Positions 17,773-28,546 are shown, counted from the stretch's first letter. The stretch is 41,270 nucleotides of DNA from Thermostichus sp. DG02_5_bins_236 (GCA_039794885.1 JAUQVI010000001.1:1-41270); one strand, 5' to 3'. The notes: generated from the sequence alone by a model not told the origin. Made by a program: numbers and translations.

Positions 17773-19125
17773 ATGTTAACGTCTCCCCTTCCCCAATCTT
17801 TGAACGCTGAGGCGGAGTGGCTTCCTGAGTTGTTCAGCCAGGGAATGCCTGATCAACACTCTGAAAGAGTGATCTTTTGGACGATTGCTTTGGTGCCGCT
17901 TTGGTGGATTCTGGGTATTCAAATTATTGTTTACCCACTGGTGGGGGGATATTTGCTGTTGCGCAGTTGGTATCGCCCACAGCCAGTTCCATTGTTGGTG
18001 GGATGGCACCTTTGGTGTAGCTATATCATCGCTTGGCTGGTTTCTCTGCTGATTAATTTGGCTTTAGGGGTGGCAGAGGTGGGTCGTAGCCTCAATGCTT
18101 TGGGAGCGATCTTGGGTGTTTGGGTGCTAACAGTGGCGGTTTGGTACGCCGTGCGCCGGTTGCGGGTTCGCCTGCAAGTGGTGGTCAGGGCGGCCTGCAT
18201 TCTTGGTCTATGCCAGTTAATTGCCGTCCTGATTGGGGAAGGATACCTGCGCCTAACGGGATCCCTTTTGGAAACCCGCAGCCTTGTAACTATACTGTGG
18301 CCTTCGATACCGGCTCGAGTTTTCTTTGAAGCCCAGCTTTATGGTCTGGATCGAATCGCCTGGGACGTGGATCCCGTTTTAGTTCCGCGTCTGAAGTCGT
18401 TTTACTATTGGTCTCCCCTAGCTGGGACGATGAGCTTGATTCTGAGTCAGATTGCATTAACGGAGGAGAATCGATTTTGGCGGTGGGTCGGACTCATTGG
18501 TGCAGTAGTAACACTTCGATTCTCGGCAGCTCGTATGGCCCAATTGGCCTTTGGGGCAGCAACTCTGATCAGTCTCTGGTTTGGCAGTCGCTGGGGACGT
18601 CGCATCATGAATTGGTTGGCCATTCCCATCGTTGCAGCTTCTCCTTTTTTGATTGGCGGCTTAACTTGGTATCTCTTCAACTATCGGCGGGACTCCTTCA
18701 CGCTACGTCAGGAAATGTATCAAGAGGCTTTTGAAGCTTTTCTAGAATCTCCCTTTTTTGGCTATGGAGCTCAAGGCCATTCGAGAATTACCCACCATCC
18801 ACTGGGATCCCATTCCCAAGTTATTTCTTCTCTCTACCAAACTGGGGCAATTGGGTCTACATTGCTCGTTTTGTCTTGGATAGCCATAGCTATAGCATTG
18901 GTGAATTGGGTATTGAAACACCCTAATTTAGCACCCTGCTTAGGGGCTTGGGTTGGGCTTACATTTGTCATGCTCACTGAGGAGTATCACGCTGCCAGTG
19001 TTACTGCCTTTACACTATCAGCTTGGTTGGGCTGTGCGTGGAATTGGGGTGAGCAGGTTATTTGTCGTCAGTGGTTACCGCCATGGTGGCAAGAGCCTCC
19101 TTTCCCATGGCAACAGCGAGCGTAA
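17773..19125 (+). CDS. wzy: O-antigen ligase/Wzy-like polysaccharide polymerase
   Basis: About 10-11 hydrophobic segments, periplasmic loop R...Y...PFFGYG...GSHS, located between wzc and wzx. Confidence 0.75.
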   Translation: MLTSPLPQSLNAEAEWLPELFSQGMPDQHSERVIFWTIALVPLWWILGIQIIVYPLVGGYLLLRSWYRPQPVPLLVGWHLWCSYIIAWLVSLLINLALGVAEVGRSLNALGAILGVWVLTVAVWYAVRRLRVRLQVVVRAACILGLCQLIAVLIGEGYLRLTGSLLETRSLVTILWPSIPARVFFEAQLYGLDRIAWDVDPVLVPRLKSFYYWSPLAGTMSLILSQIALTEENRFWRWVGLIGAVVTLRFSAARMAQLAFGAATLISLWFGSRWGRRIMNWLAIPIVAASPFLIGGLTWYLFNYRRDSFTLRQEMYQEAFEAFLESPFFGYGAQGHSRITHHPLGSHSQVISSLYQTGAIGSTLLVLSWIAIAIALVNWVLKHPNLAPCLGAWVGLTFVMLTEEYHAASVTAFTLSAWLGCAWNWGEQVICRQWLPPWWQEPPFPWQQRA

Positions 19126-19169
19126 ATGATACTTTTCTAGACTTAATCCAGAACTCAACGGGTGCTATA

Positions 19170-20138
19170 ATGCTAAACCGTTTTCTTCGCAAATCTAGTT
19201 TCTTGAATATTAAAGGAACAAGCATTGCAGTTGCCCTAATTACTGCTTCTATTATTTTTGCTTGCTCTGGTTCAATCGTAGGAATTTCAAATAAATTATT
19301 TGTGAGAGTGGATACGTTTTATGGAGTGGAAGTAGGAAATGATGCCAACGTGTCTAGAATAATTTCTGTCTTACAGGATCTGAAGATTGGTACAGTTCGT
19401 CTTTGGGCTAATGTAAATTGGAATGAGCGCCGTGAACCTAGCAGTGGTGTTTTTAATCGAGCCCGACAGCTGAAACAAGCTGGATTTAGGGTCATCGTTC
19501 TGTTTCAGAATCGTGAGATTCCCTCTTCTACAACTGAGGTTAAAGCCTATTTTGATTGGGTACAAACCCTGCCAGGCATTAGAGAGTCTATCGATGTTTG
19601 GGAGATTCTTAATGAGTTAGAGAGTCGCAAGTATTGGCTGGGAACAGCCGATCAATATGTACAGTTGGTGCTCAAGCCAGCCTGGGACTCATTACATACC
19701 CAGAGGGAGAAAGTTCTCGGCGGCTCTTTCTCCGCTTGGCAGGAAACAGGTTGGAATACCAATGTTACACAAGAGTACCTAGCTGCAGGATATCTCAACT
19801 ACGTAGACTATGCCGGCAGCCATCCCTATACCTTTACAGTCGATCAGATGAGGCGGCACTTGAATGAAGTAAGGCAATTATATGGCGCTAAGCCAATCAT
19901 CATTACTGAATGGAACTTTTTGCCGCAGACTCGAGCTGATCACGGTAGAGATTATCAGAAGTGGCGACAGATGCTAGACGAGGTACTTCCTTATGTAAAG
20001 AGCCAAGCTTTGACCGTCTGTTATTTTCGCTTACACCGGCTGCAGAGTGAGGGTGGCTGGCCCGGCTTAATTGATTACGAAAACCACTCCATAACCCCCT
20101 TCTATGAAATGTATCGCTCTTGGACTAGATCAACGTAG
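19170..20138 (+). CDS. Clan GH-A glycoside hydrolase, probable lipoprotein
   Basis: WEILNE (acid/base), HPY, IIITEWN (nucleophile). Hydrophobic N-terminus ending IFAC (lipobox-like). Start may be 19107. Confidence 0.75.
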   Translation: MLNRFLRKSSFLNIKGTSIAVALITASIIFACSGSIVGISNKLFVRVDTFYGVEVGNDANVSRIISVLQDLKIGTVRLWANVNWNERREPSSGVFNRARQLKQAGFRVIVLFQNREIPSSTTEVKAYFDWVQTLPGIRESIDVWEILNELESRKYWLGTADQYVQLVLKPAWDSLHTQREKVLGGSFSAWQETGWNTNVTQEYLAAGYLNYVDYAGSHPYTFTVDQMRRHLNEVRQLYGAKPIIITEWNFLPQTRADHGRDYQKWRQMLDEVLPYVKSQALTVCYFRLHRLQSEGGWPGLIDYENHSITPFYEMYRSWTRST

Positions 20139-20174
20139 CTGTTTTGTTTGTTCAACCCATAGCCCAAACCTTCC

Positions 20175-21134
20175 ATGCATACCAATCCAACAGTTAGTGT
20201 CATTGTTCCTGCCTACAATGTACAGAAGTACATCTCCGAGGCTCTTCAGTCTCTTCTTTATCAAACCTGGCAGAATTTTGAGGTACTGGTAGTCGATGAC
20301 GGTTCCACAGATAGCACTGCAGAGGTTGTGAAACATTGGTGTCAAAGGGATCCCCGCTTCCATCTTTTATCAAAACCAAATGGTGGTCTTGCTTCTGCTC
20401 GCAATTGGGGGATTCGACATACTCAAGGTGAATTTATCGCTCTACTGGATGCTGATGATCGCTATCTTCCCCAGAAGTTGGCCAGCCATATTGAGATACT
20501 ACAACGCCATTCAGGCATTGACGTTATCTATAGTGCCTCAAAGATCATTCGGGATGATGGTTCTCCGACTTGGCTGTCACTGAGTGGCCGTCCCATGCAT
20601 TCAGATCCTCTACTGGCTATGCTCTGTAAGAACTTTATTGGTCATGGTTCAAATGCAATATTTCGACGAGCTTTGTTTGACCAAGTTGGAGGATTTGATG
20701 AAAGCTTACAAAGCTGTGAGGATCTTGATTTTTGGCTAAAAGTAGCAGAGCAGAGACCTCATTGCTTTTACCGATATCGACAAGCTTTGTGTGAATATCG
20801 TGTTCGGCCAAGTGGGTTATCTTTTGATGTCAAAAAGATGCAGGAATGTGGTGAACAAGTCTTGCAAGCTACTTTTATTCGTTCCCCGAAGAAGGTGCAG
20901 TCAATAATGCCTACAGCTTATGCTTTTTTCTATCGTCTACTAGCTCGCTTAGCTTTGACAGCTCAAGAACCTGAGTTGGCCAAAGATTATATTGTCAAAG
21001 CTCTTGCCAGTGATCGGTCGATTTTCTTGCAGGATCCCCGTTCATTGCTAACCTTGCTTGCTGTTCATCTACAGTTCATCTCACGTCCTTTAATTCACCT
21101 TTCGCTAAACCCTCGCTCTTCTCAAATCTCCTGA
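20175..21134 (+). CDS. Glycosyltransferase family 2
   Basis: VSVIVPAYN, VDDGSTD, NGGLASARN, LDADD, GGFDE, ED. Confidence 0.92.
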   Translation: MHTNPTVSVIVPAYNVQKYISEALQSLLYQTWQNFEVLVVDDGSTDSTAEVVKHWCQRDPRFHLLSKPNGGLASARNWGIRHTQGEFIALLDADDRYLPQKLASHIEILQRHSGIDVIYSASKIIRDDGSPTWLSLSGRPMHSDPLLAMLCKNFIGHGSNAIFRRALFDQVGGFDESLQSCEDLDFWLKVAEQRPHCFYRYRQALCEYRVRPSGLSFDVKKMQECGEQVLQATFIRSPKKVQSIMPTAYAFFYRLLARLALTAQEPELAKDYIVKALASDRSIFLQDPRSLLTLLAVHLQFISRPLIHLSLNPRSSQIS

Positions 21135-21185
21135 ACTTCTCCAAGTGAATGATCATCATTAAAAGTTGTAATCTCAGTAAGCTAT

Positions 21186-22685
21186 ATGACAAGTCTTGAA
21201 GCATCACCCGCAAACAACTTACGTTCTCGCCTTTTTAGCGGGCTGCGCTGGAAGTTGGGATCCCAAGCAACACAGCAGATATTAAATTTAGGTAGCGCAG
21301 TGGTGATGGCTCGTTTACTTTCACCTGCGGATTTCGGTTTGCTGTCAATGGCCAGTGTGTTTACAGGAATTGTCTATGTAATCTTGGATTTGGGTCTGGG
21401 AGCAGCACTGGTTCAACGCACAAATATTGAGCCACGTCATGTCTCTAGCATTTTTTGGATAAATGTAGGTGTAGGGTTTGGTCTTTCTCTCATCGGTCTT
21501 GTGCTCTCCTGGCCAATTGCCGTCTTCTATCAAACTCCAGCAGTACAATCGGTTGTTGGAGCTCTGGCTTGTTGTTTTTTTATTGCTGCTCTAGGGAGTA
21601 CACAAGAAGCTCTTCTTATTAGAAAAATGCACTTTCGAGCTTTAGAATTTCGTCGTATGTTAAGTCATCTAGTTGGTATTATTGCAGGCTTGATGATGGC
21701 ATATATGGGTTGGGGAGTTTGGAGCTTAGTTGGACGTATTGTTATAGCTAGTTTACTGGGCACAGTATTACTTTGGTACGTCTCAAGTTGGCGACCCAAT
21801 TGGCAGTTTTGTTGGGCAGACGTGAAACAAATGAGCGGCTTTAGCAATGATGTCCTTGGGGGTAACTTATTGGGGTATGTGGGGCGTAATGCTGATAATC
21901 TTTTAATAGGTAGATTTCTTGGTTCAGTTGAGCTTGGCTTTTACAGCATGGCCTACAATCTAATGTCAGCTCCGCTAGATCGAATTGCTCAAGTGTTGGC
22001 AGGAGTCTTGTTTCCAGCTCTCTCTCAACAGCAGAAGGATTTGAATAAAGTAAAGCAGAGCTGGTTTAGGGCTAGTCAACTAATTACAGCAGTCGTTATT
22101 CCACTTGTTATGGGTCTCATTCTTTTAGCACCTGAATTAATACGTGTGTTTTATGGTGAAAAATGGTTGCCTGCAGCCCCTATTTTACAGATTCTAGCAG
22201 TGCGAGCTTTAGTAGTTGGATTAAAGGTTCTTGATGGAACAGTTTTGTTGGCAATTGGTCAGACCCGACTACGACTCAACTTAATTGGCGTTTCAGTAGG
22301 AGTAGCTATTTTATCTTTCTTGATTGGGCTCCCATTTGGTATTCAGGGTGTGGCTCTGAGTTTCACTATCTTCACTTCTCTCGTATCGTTAATTGGTCTG
22401 TGCCTAACTCTGAATTGCGTCAAATCAAACTTTGCTGCCTACTTTAGCAATTTAAGTGGGATTTTATTTGCTACAGCTGGAATGACAGTTGGTGTCTTCA
22501 TGCTTAAAGTAGTATGGTTAGATTCTGCAGGCAGTCTGCTATTAGCCTCAATTCTGTTAGGAGGGAGTCTTTACTTGGGATCGCTACAGATAATAGATCC
22601 AAATGTACTTCAGGAAGGCATTCGCATCTTGCCTGACCACTGGAGGAATAAGTTTTTACGGTTTAAAAATCATTCTAATTTATAA
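21186..22685 (+). CDS. wzx: Wzx/MOP-family polysaccharide flippase
   Basis: ARLLSPADFG, DLGLGAALVQ, DNLLIGRFLG..ELGFYSMAY, YGEKW; about 12-14 TM segments. Confidence 0.9.
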   Translation: MTSLEASPANNLRSRLFSGLRWKLGSQATQQILNLGSAVVMARLLSPADFGLLSMASVFTGIVYVILDLGLGAALVQRTNIEPRHVSSIFWINVGVGFGLSLIGLVLSWPIAVFYQTPAVQSVVGALACCFFIAALGSTQEALLIRKMHFRALEFRRMLSHLVGIIAGLMMAYMGWGVWSLVGRIVIASLLGTVLLWYVSSWRPNWQFCWADVKQMSGFSNDVLGGNLLGYVGRNADNLLIGRFLGSVELGFYSMAYNLMSAPLDRIAQVLAGVLFPALSQQQKDLNKVKQSWFRASQLITAVVIPLVMGLILLAPELIRVFYGEKWLPAAPILQILAVRALVVGLKVLDGTVLLAIGQTRLRLNLIGVSVGVAILSFLIGLPFGIQGVALSFTIFTSLVSLIGLCLTLNCVKSNFAAYFSNLSGILFATAGMTVGVFMLKVVWLDSAGSLLLASILLGGSLYLGSLQIIDPNVLQEGIRILPDHWRNKFLRFKNHSNL

Positions 22686-22727
22686 GATTCTCACTCATTC
22701 CCCATCTTCTTAGAAGGAGATTCTAGT

Positions 22728-23657
22728 ATGCAAACACAGAAACAGATATCTTGGCCATTAGTATCGGTAGTCATTCCCATTTTCAATGGGGAGAAGATGC
22801 TGCCAACTTTGTTAGACTCTCTCAAGACATTAGACTATCCAAGACGTAAACTTGAAATTATCTTGATCAACAATAACTCTAGTGATGGAACTGCAAAACT
22901 GCTCCAAGAAAGTGGCCATCGACTTTTATTTGAGCCTATTCCTGGATGTGGCACAGCTCGTAATCGAGGTATTCAAGAAGCACAAGGCGAGTATATAGCT
23001 TGTACAGATGTGGATTGTGTGTTAGATCCCCGATGGATTCAGGATTTACTAGAAGGTTTTATACACCAACAGATAGGTGCTGTTGCTGGCACAATAAAAC
23101 CCTACAGACTAGACGATCCGGTTATTCGCTACGAAGCTTTAACCCTGCGTAGCCCTAGCCATTGTCCAGAGCACCATCTATTTCTACCTACAGCCTGCAC
23201 AGCAAATGTCATGTATAGGGCAGAAGTCTTTCAGAGAGTTGGTTTGTTGCTCAATCAGTCTGGTGGAGAGGAGGTAGATCTGAACTGGAGGATGCAAACT
23301 CAAACACCTTATAGAATTCATTTTTTGCAAGAAGGAGGAATCGTCTATCATCGCTACCGTGCAGACATTCAAGCTCTTTGCCGATCACAGAGATATAAAG
23401 CGCGTACATTAGTCGAACTACATCACAAATGGAAGCTCAAAGTTCCCACCGGAAGAAAAGAGTTATCAAAGGCAGGGTTATCCTTATTCACCTTTGCCCT
23501 TCGTTGCTCAAGTCGTTTTATTCAGAAGGTCAAACATGAGCCTATTTCTACAGCAGTTAGAGATAGTTTTTTAGAAACCTGGCTAGATATCTGTGTTCCT
23601 TGGACTCGCTATTTAGGAATTCGAGAGGGCCATGCAAAATTGCTCCGATCAACTTGA
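22728..23657 (+). CDS. Glycosyltransferase family 2
   Basis: VSVVIPIFN, NNNSSDGT, ARNRG, TDVDC (DxD). Confidence 0.88.
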   Translation: MQTQKQISWPLVSVVIPIFNGEKMLPTLLDSLKTLDYPRRKLEIILINNNSSDGTAKLLQESGHRLLFEPIPGCGTARNRGIQEAQGEYIACTDVDCVLDPRWIQDLLEGFIHQQIGAVAGTIKPYRLDDPVIRYEALTLRSPSHCPEHHLFLPTACTANVMYRAEVFQRVGLLLNQSGGEEVDLNWRMQTQTPYRIHFLQEGGIVYHRYRADIQALCRSQRYKARTLVELHHKWKLKVPTGRKELSKAGLSLFTFALRCSSRFIQKVKHEPISTAVRDSFLETWLDICVPWTRYLGIREGHAKLLRST

Positions 23658-23708
23658 GAAAACTCTCCAAATGACTACAGAACCATCTAAACTCTCTGAG
23701 TAGAATCT

Positions 23709-24776
23709 ATGCAAGTGACTCCTTTGCTTTCTACATCCACCTATCTCTCTACTGAGAAGCGACAAGTTCTTCATGTTGTCAAAGACAACAAAATGGGAGG
23801 AGTTAAATCAAATCTGAAAGGCCTGACCGAATCTGATTTGTCAAACAGCTTTGATTTTCAAATTGTTGTCTTTGACGTAGAGAGGTTTTGTCTACATTCA
23901 TTTCAGAACTTAAAAGAACCAGATTTAATCATTTATCATCCTACTTGTCGTCTAAAAGGATTACCTGACTTACTGCGTCTCAAGACTCGTTTCTCAAGAT
24001 CTAGGTTAATCATCCATGAGCACGCCTACTCACAAGGTTATGAGGAACACAACGTCTCACAACCATGGAAATTTCACAACGTGCTACGAGCCTTCTATCG
24101 TTTAGCAGACCGTGTGGTTGCTATCTCACGAGCCCAGCAAGACTGGATGTTGAAACATCATTTAGCTTCAGTGCATCAATTGAGACTTATTCATCAGTGC
24201 CCACCTCTTGATTGCTTTACTAAATTGTCTCCCAAATCTCGAGACAGAGATTTAATTTTGGGTGCCTATGGTCGCTTTTGCACACAGAAAGGATTCGAAG
24301 TACTTATTAAAGCGATGGAACAGGTTAAAGACTTGCCAATCAAGCTTTTGCTGGGAGGAACTGGGGAATTAGAGAAAGATTTACATCAAATCTCTAATCA
24401 TTTACCTTCGATAACCTTTTGGGGTCGAGTGGAAAACGTAGCAGATTTTCTTGGCCATTGTGATGTGGTAGTCATTCCCTCACTTTGGGAGCCTTGGGGA
24501 AATGTTTGCTTAGAAGCAAGAGCAGCTGGGAAGCCCATCATTGCAAGTCGGATTGATGGCTTAGTAGAACAGGTGCAGAATCCTGATGGTGAATCTTGTG
24601 GCTTACTGGTCACTCCAGGAAATTCAACCGAGCTGGCCAAGGGATTCCGAATCATGGCTCTGGCTTCTCCTTTGCAACTAAGACGTTGGGGAGAAAGGGG
24701 AAGGCTTTCTGTACAAGAAGGGCATCAGCGCTATTTACAAGCATGGAAAGAATTAATGTGGGAGGTATTATACTAA
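23709..24776 (+). CDS. Glycosyltransferase family 4
   Basis: MGGV, GRFCTQKG, PSLWEPWGNVCLEA (EX7E). Confidence 0.88.
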   Translation: MQVTPLLSTSTYLSTEKRQVLHVVKDNKMGGVKSNLKGLTESDLSNSFDFQIVVFDVERFCLHSFQNLKEPDLIIYHPTCRLKGLPDLLRLKTRFSRSRLIIHEHAYSQGYEEHNVSQPWKFHNVLRAFYRLADRVVAISRAQQDWMLKHHLASVHQLRLIHQCPPLDCFTKLSPKSRDRDLILGAYGRFCTQKGFEVLIKAMEQVKDLPIKLLLGGTGELEKDLHQISNHLPSITFWGRVENVADFLGHCDVVVIPSLWEPWGNVCLEARAAGKPIIASRIDGLVEQVQNPDGESCGLLVTPGNSTELAKGFRIMALASPLQLRRWGERGRLSVQEGHQRYLQAWKELMWEVLY

Positions 24777-26254
24777 TGCTATTTAGTTCGTTTACATTTA
24801 TTTTTTTATTCTTGCCTCTTTGTCTAGGAGTTTACTTCTGGATTGGGCGTTTTGGTTCAGCAACACTCTCAAAAGGTTGGTTATTGTTATCTTCTCTGTT
24901 TTTTTATGGGTATTGGAATATTACATTTGTGCCATTGATATTCATCTCAGTAGGAATAAATTATCAACTAGGGAAGTGCCTTCGAAAAAGAAAGCTAGAG
25001 AAAAGGCCTTCGAAAATATTTTTATGCTTAGGCTTATCGTTTAATATCGGTCTAATTGCGTACTACAAGTATGCAGATTTTCTCCTGTCTTGTCTGCCTT
25101 CCTTGTCATTCTCCACGTGGCTCAGCCGGCTCCTTGATGTGGACAATGTCGTTCTTCCCTTAGCAATCTCTTTCTATACATTCCAGCAAATTGCTTATTT
25201 AGTCGATGTATATCGTGGAGAGAGAGCTAGCTACTCCTTTCTTGACTATAGTTTATTTGTGCTTTTCTTTCCACAGTTGATTGCTGGTCCTATTATTCAT
25301 CATCAGGAAGTCATACCTCAATTTAATAGGTTGAGGAATTTGTTGTTTTCTCAGAAGAATTTTGCCTTAGGATGCGTGGCATTTTTTATTGGATTATCAA
25401 AAAAGGTTATTGTTTCTGATAATATTTCAGGATGGGTTACATTGCCATTTAGCCACGCTATGGATCTGAGCTTCATAGAGGCTTGGACAGCAGCTCTTAG
25501 CTACACTCATCAACTTTATTTTGATTTCTCCGGTTACTGTGATATGGCTCTTGGCCTTGGACTAATGCTGAATATAAAGCTGCCAATCAACTTTAGTTCT
25601 CCTTACAAGTCTGTTTCGATTGTTGAGTTCTGGCGACGTTGGCACATTACTTTGTCGAACTTCTTGAGAGACTACCTCTACATTCCGCTGGGTGGTAACC
25701 GTCTTGGGGAAACTCGAAGGGTTATTAATCTTATGATCACGATGCTACTGGGTGGGTTTTGGCATGGTGCTGGATGGACTTACATTGCTTGGGGTGGATT
25801 TCATGGAGTTTGTCTTAGCATCAACCACATTTCAGGGAAATTGGAGTTTCGTTTTCCAAAAGTAATATCGTGGGTAGTTACTTTCTTAGCTGTAACTATA
25901 GGCTGGGTTATTTTCAGAGCTCAATCTCTTAGGGATGCAGGTCATATTCTATGGGTTATGGCAGGTATGGAAGGGATACTGCTACCTGGAAAATATCGTG
26001 GTTCGTTAGGGCCTCTAGAAAAAATTGGTGTCCGATTCAGTAACTTTCCAAGTCTAGATTACTTTCCAGGTGGTCTAGAGAGTCTTGTTGTTCTGACTGT
26101 CTTAACCCTGTGGGTTGTATTCTTACCCAACACGCAGCAGCTGGTTCAGAGGTTTAGGCCAGAGTGGTGGTGGGGTTTATTTCTCAGCTGCCTATCTGTA
26201 CTGAGTTTGCTATCGATGAGCCGGGTTACGGAGTTTCTTTACTTCCAGTTTTGA
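24776..26254 (+). CDS. MBOAT O-acyltransferase (AlgI/PatA/DltB family)
   Basis: MLFSS..F, PLAISFYTFQQI, FFPQLIAGPI, YFDFSGY, FWRRWHITLS, GFWHGAGW, EFLYFQF. ATG overlaps the upstream TAA; RBS GGAGG. Confidence 0.93.
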   Translation: MLFSSFTFIFLFLPLCLGVYFWIGRFGSATLSKGWLLLSSLFFYGYWNITFVPLIFISVGINYQLGKCLRKRKLEKRPSKIFLCLGLSFNIGLIAYYKYADFLLSCLPSLSFSTWLSRLLDVDNVVLPLAISFYTFQQIAYLVDVYRGERASYSFLDYSLFVLFFPQLIAGPIIHHQEVIPQFNRLRNLLFSQKNFALGCVAFFIGLSKKVIVSDNISGWVTLPFSHAMDLSFIEAWTAALSYTHQLYFDFSGYCDMALGLGLMLNIKLPINFSSPYKSVSIVEFWRRWHITLSNFLRDYLYIPLGGNRLGETRRVINLMITMLLGGFWHGAGWTYIAWGGFHGVCLSINHISGKLEFRFPKVISWVVTFLAVTIGWVIFRAQSLRDAGHILWVMAGMEGILLPGKYRGSLGPLEKIGVRFSNFPSLDYFPGGLESLVVLTVLTLWVVFLPNTQQLVQRFRPEWWWGLFLSCLSVLSLLSMSRVTEFLYFQF

Positions 26255-26313
26255 ATGGGTTTTTGAGTTAGTCAGAAATGCTTGAGTAAGTTCATGCATG
26301 GTAAGGAGTGGGT

Positions 26314-27537
26314 ATGGATAAACGCAGCTTTCGGAACTTCAATAAGATCTTCTTGTCACTATCATTTTCAGCGCTGTGCACAACAAGTTTCTTTAATCTG
26401 ACCATTGATCCTTTCGGCGTTATTGACTCCCCATCAATAGCTGGTATCAATGCCATTAAGCCCAGAACACTGAATAACAGTAGATTGTTCAAGGCTATCG
26501 ATGTGGCTAGAGTTCGACCGAAAACCATCCTGTTGGGTTCCTCTCGCACCGATATTGGTCTTGATCCTTTCCACCCAGCATTGATTCAGCCGGCATACAA
26601 TTTGGGACTCACAGCCCCCAATATCTACGAGTTGCGTCGATATCTTGAGCACACTCTAATCATTCAACCCGAATTAGAGAAGGTGATAATTGGACTTGAC
26701 TTTCAAATGTTTAATGATCTGCGAACACCTCAACCAGATTTTAGAGAGCAGAGACTAGGCCATGCTGGGATAGTCAGATCGGATTTGCTAGATGTAACTC
26801 TCTCATTAGATGCTCTGAGCGCTAGCTGGAAAACTTTAACGAGGAATCAAGATCCTAACCCGCCGGGATCCACACGAGTAAATGGCATGATGGTTCGGGC
26901 CCCAAGGGAGGTTAGTTTAAGAGTATTCTTTGATACTATTTCTAAGGCCCAGCGTCAGTATCAAGATGGAGTATATAAGGGATTTAGAAGCTATGAGAAC
27001 TCTTTGCCTCACCTAAAAGCAATTATAGAGACCTGTGCTGATCGAGAAATTCAGTTGATTTTATTTATTTCCCCTGCACATGCTACAGAGTGGGAATCCA
27101 TCTACAATCTTGGTCTATGGCCTTTATTTGAAGACTGGAAAAGAGATATTGCTGAATTGCATCCCATATGGGATTTTTCAGGCTATAACAGCATTACCAG
27201 TGAAGTAATTAGCCCTAGCATGATTTACTATACCGACAGCTCTCACTACACACCAGCAGCAGGGCAGTTGGTACTAAATAGAATTCTCACCCATCAGCTT
27301 GAGTCGGTTCCTACAGACTTTGGGCGGTATTTAATTCCTGAAATGATCTCTTTCCATTTAGAAGCTATAGCCAATGAACGTTCTGCGTGGCATGAAAAAC
27401 AAGCAGAGCTAGCTCGCATAGTTTCTGATATTAAGCGTTATGAGGAGACTCGATATACTGAAGAAGTATATCCTCTAAATCTAGCCACTATCACGCAGGC
27501 TCAAATTGTATTAGAAGAACCCTCAACACGTCCTTAG
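26314..27537 (+). CDS. Membrane-anchored SGNH-like partner of the MBOAT (AlgJ/DltD-like acyl relay)
   Basis: N-terminal TM ending IDPFG, ILLGSSR, AYNLG, C-terminal DSSH (DxxH). RBS AAGGAG; directly follows the MBOAT. Confidence 0.7.
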   Translation: MDKRSFRNFNKIFLSLSFSALCTTSFFNLTIDPFGVIDSPSIAGINAIKPRTLNNSRLFKAIDVARVRPKTILLGSSRTDIGLDPFHPALIQPAYNLGLTAPNIYELRRYLEHTLIIQPELEKVIIGLDFQMFNDLRTPQPDFREQRLGHAGIVRSDLLDVTLSLDALSASWKTLTRNQDPNPPGSTRVNGMMVRAPREVSLRVFFDTISKAQRQYQDGVYKGFRSYENSLPHLKAIIETCADREIQLILFISPAHATEWESIYNLGLWPLFEDWKRDIAELHPIWDFSGYNSITSEVISPSMIYYTDSSHYTPAAGQLVLNRILTHQLESVPTDFGRYLIPEMISFHLEAIANERSAWHEKQAELARIVSDIKRYEETRYTEEVYPLNLATITQAQIVLEEPSTRP

Positions 27538-27574
27538 CTGCTAGAGGTGCATAGTCTCGTCTAGGAGAAGTAGA

Positions 27575-28546
27575 ATGCCTTTAATTTCTGTCATCATTCC
27601 AGCTTTCAACGCAGCTCTAACTCTAGAGGAAACTTTACGTTCCGTAATGAATCAGAGCTTTCCAGATATAGAAATTCTAGTCATTGATGATGGATCAGAG
27701 GATGAAACAGTTGCTATTGCAAAGCGGTTAGCAGCAGAAGATAGTCGTATATATATCTTTAGCTATTCAAATGGAGGTGTCTCAGTAAGCCGTAATCGAG
27801 GAGTTTGTCACGCAAGGGGTGAATATCTTAGTTTCATTGACGCAGATGATCTTTGGACAAGCAACAAGTTGCAGGCTCAGTATGAAGCTTTGCAAACTTA
27901 TAAGGAGGCAGCTGTAGCTTACAGTTGGACAGATAATATTGATGCTAGAGGCAATTTAGTTCAGGAAGGTATACGCACTCAGGCTACAGGTTATATACTA
28001 CCTGAACTTTTACAAGTAAATTTATTACAAAGTGGATCCAACCCCTTGATCAAACGTTTTGCTCTTGAGAATGTAGGGGGCTTTGATGAATCATTACTCA
28101 ATGCAGATGACTGGGATATGTGGCTACGGCTGGCGCAGCACTATGAATTTGCATTGGTGACTAAGCCTCAGGTGCTTTATCGCCGCAGTGAGACTTCTAA
28201 ATCGACCAGGGTTTTACGTATGGAGCAGCATGCAAGGCGTGTTATTGAAAAGGCCTTTACTCAGGCGCCAAAAGATTTGCAACCACTAAAAGCAAAAAGC
28301 TTATCCAACCTTTACAAATACCTGGCTTACAAGTCGCTCCAAGGCGTTCCCTCTACCCTGACTAAAGAAAGAATTTTGTCTGGATTGCGATTTTTGTTTA
28401 CTGCCTGTTACTATCAGCCCAGGCTACTTAAAGAGTGGAAGCCACTGACGAAGATGACTTTGCGAAGCCTTGCCTGTCTTTCACTTCCTCCTAACTACGC
28501 TGAAAAAATGATTGATCATTTCATTCCTTCGCACATGCCATTTTAG
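27575..28546 (+). CDS. Glycosyltransferase family 2
   Basis: ISVIIPAFN, IDDGS, NGGVSVSRN, IDADD, DWDMWLRL. Confidence 0.92.
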   Translation: MPLISVIIPAFNAALTLEETLRSVMNQSFPDIEILVIDDGSEDETVAIAKRLAAEDSRIYIFSYSNGGVSVSRNRGVCHARGEYLSFIDADDLWTSNKLQAQYEALQTYKEAAVAYSWTDNIDARGNLVQEGIRTQATGYILPELLQVNLLQSGSNPLIKRFALENVGGFDESLLNADDWDMWLRLAQHYEFALVTKPQVLYRRSETSKSTRVLRMEQHARRVIEKAFTQAPKDLQPLKAKSLSNLYKYLAYKSLQGVPSTLTKERILSGLRFLFTACYYQPRLLKEWKPLTKMTLRSLACLSLPPNYAEKMIDHFIPSHMPF

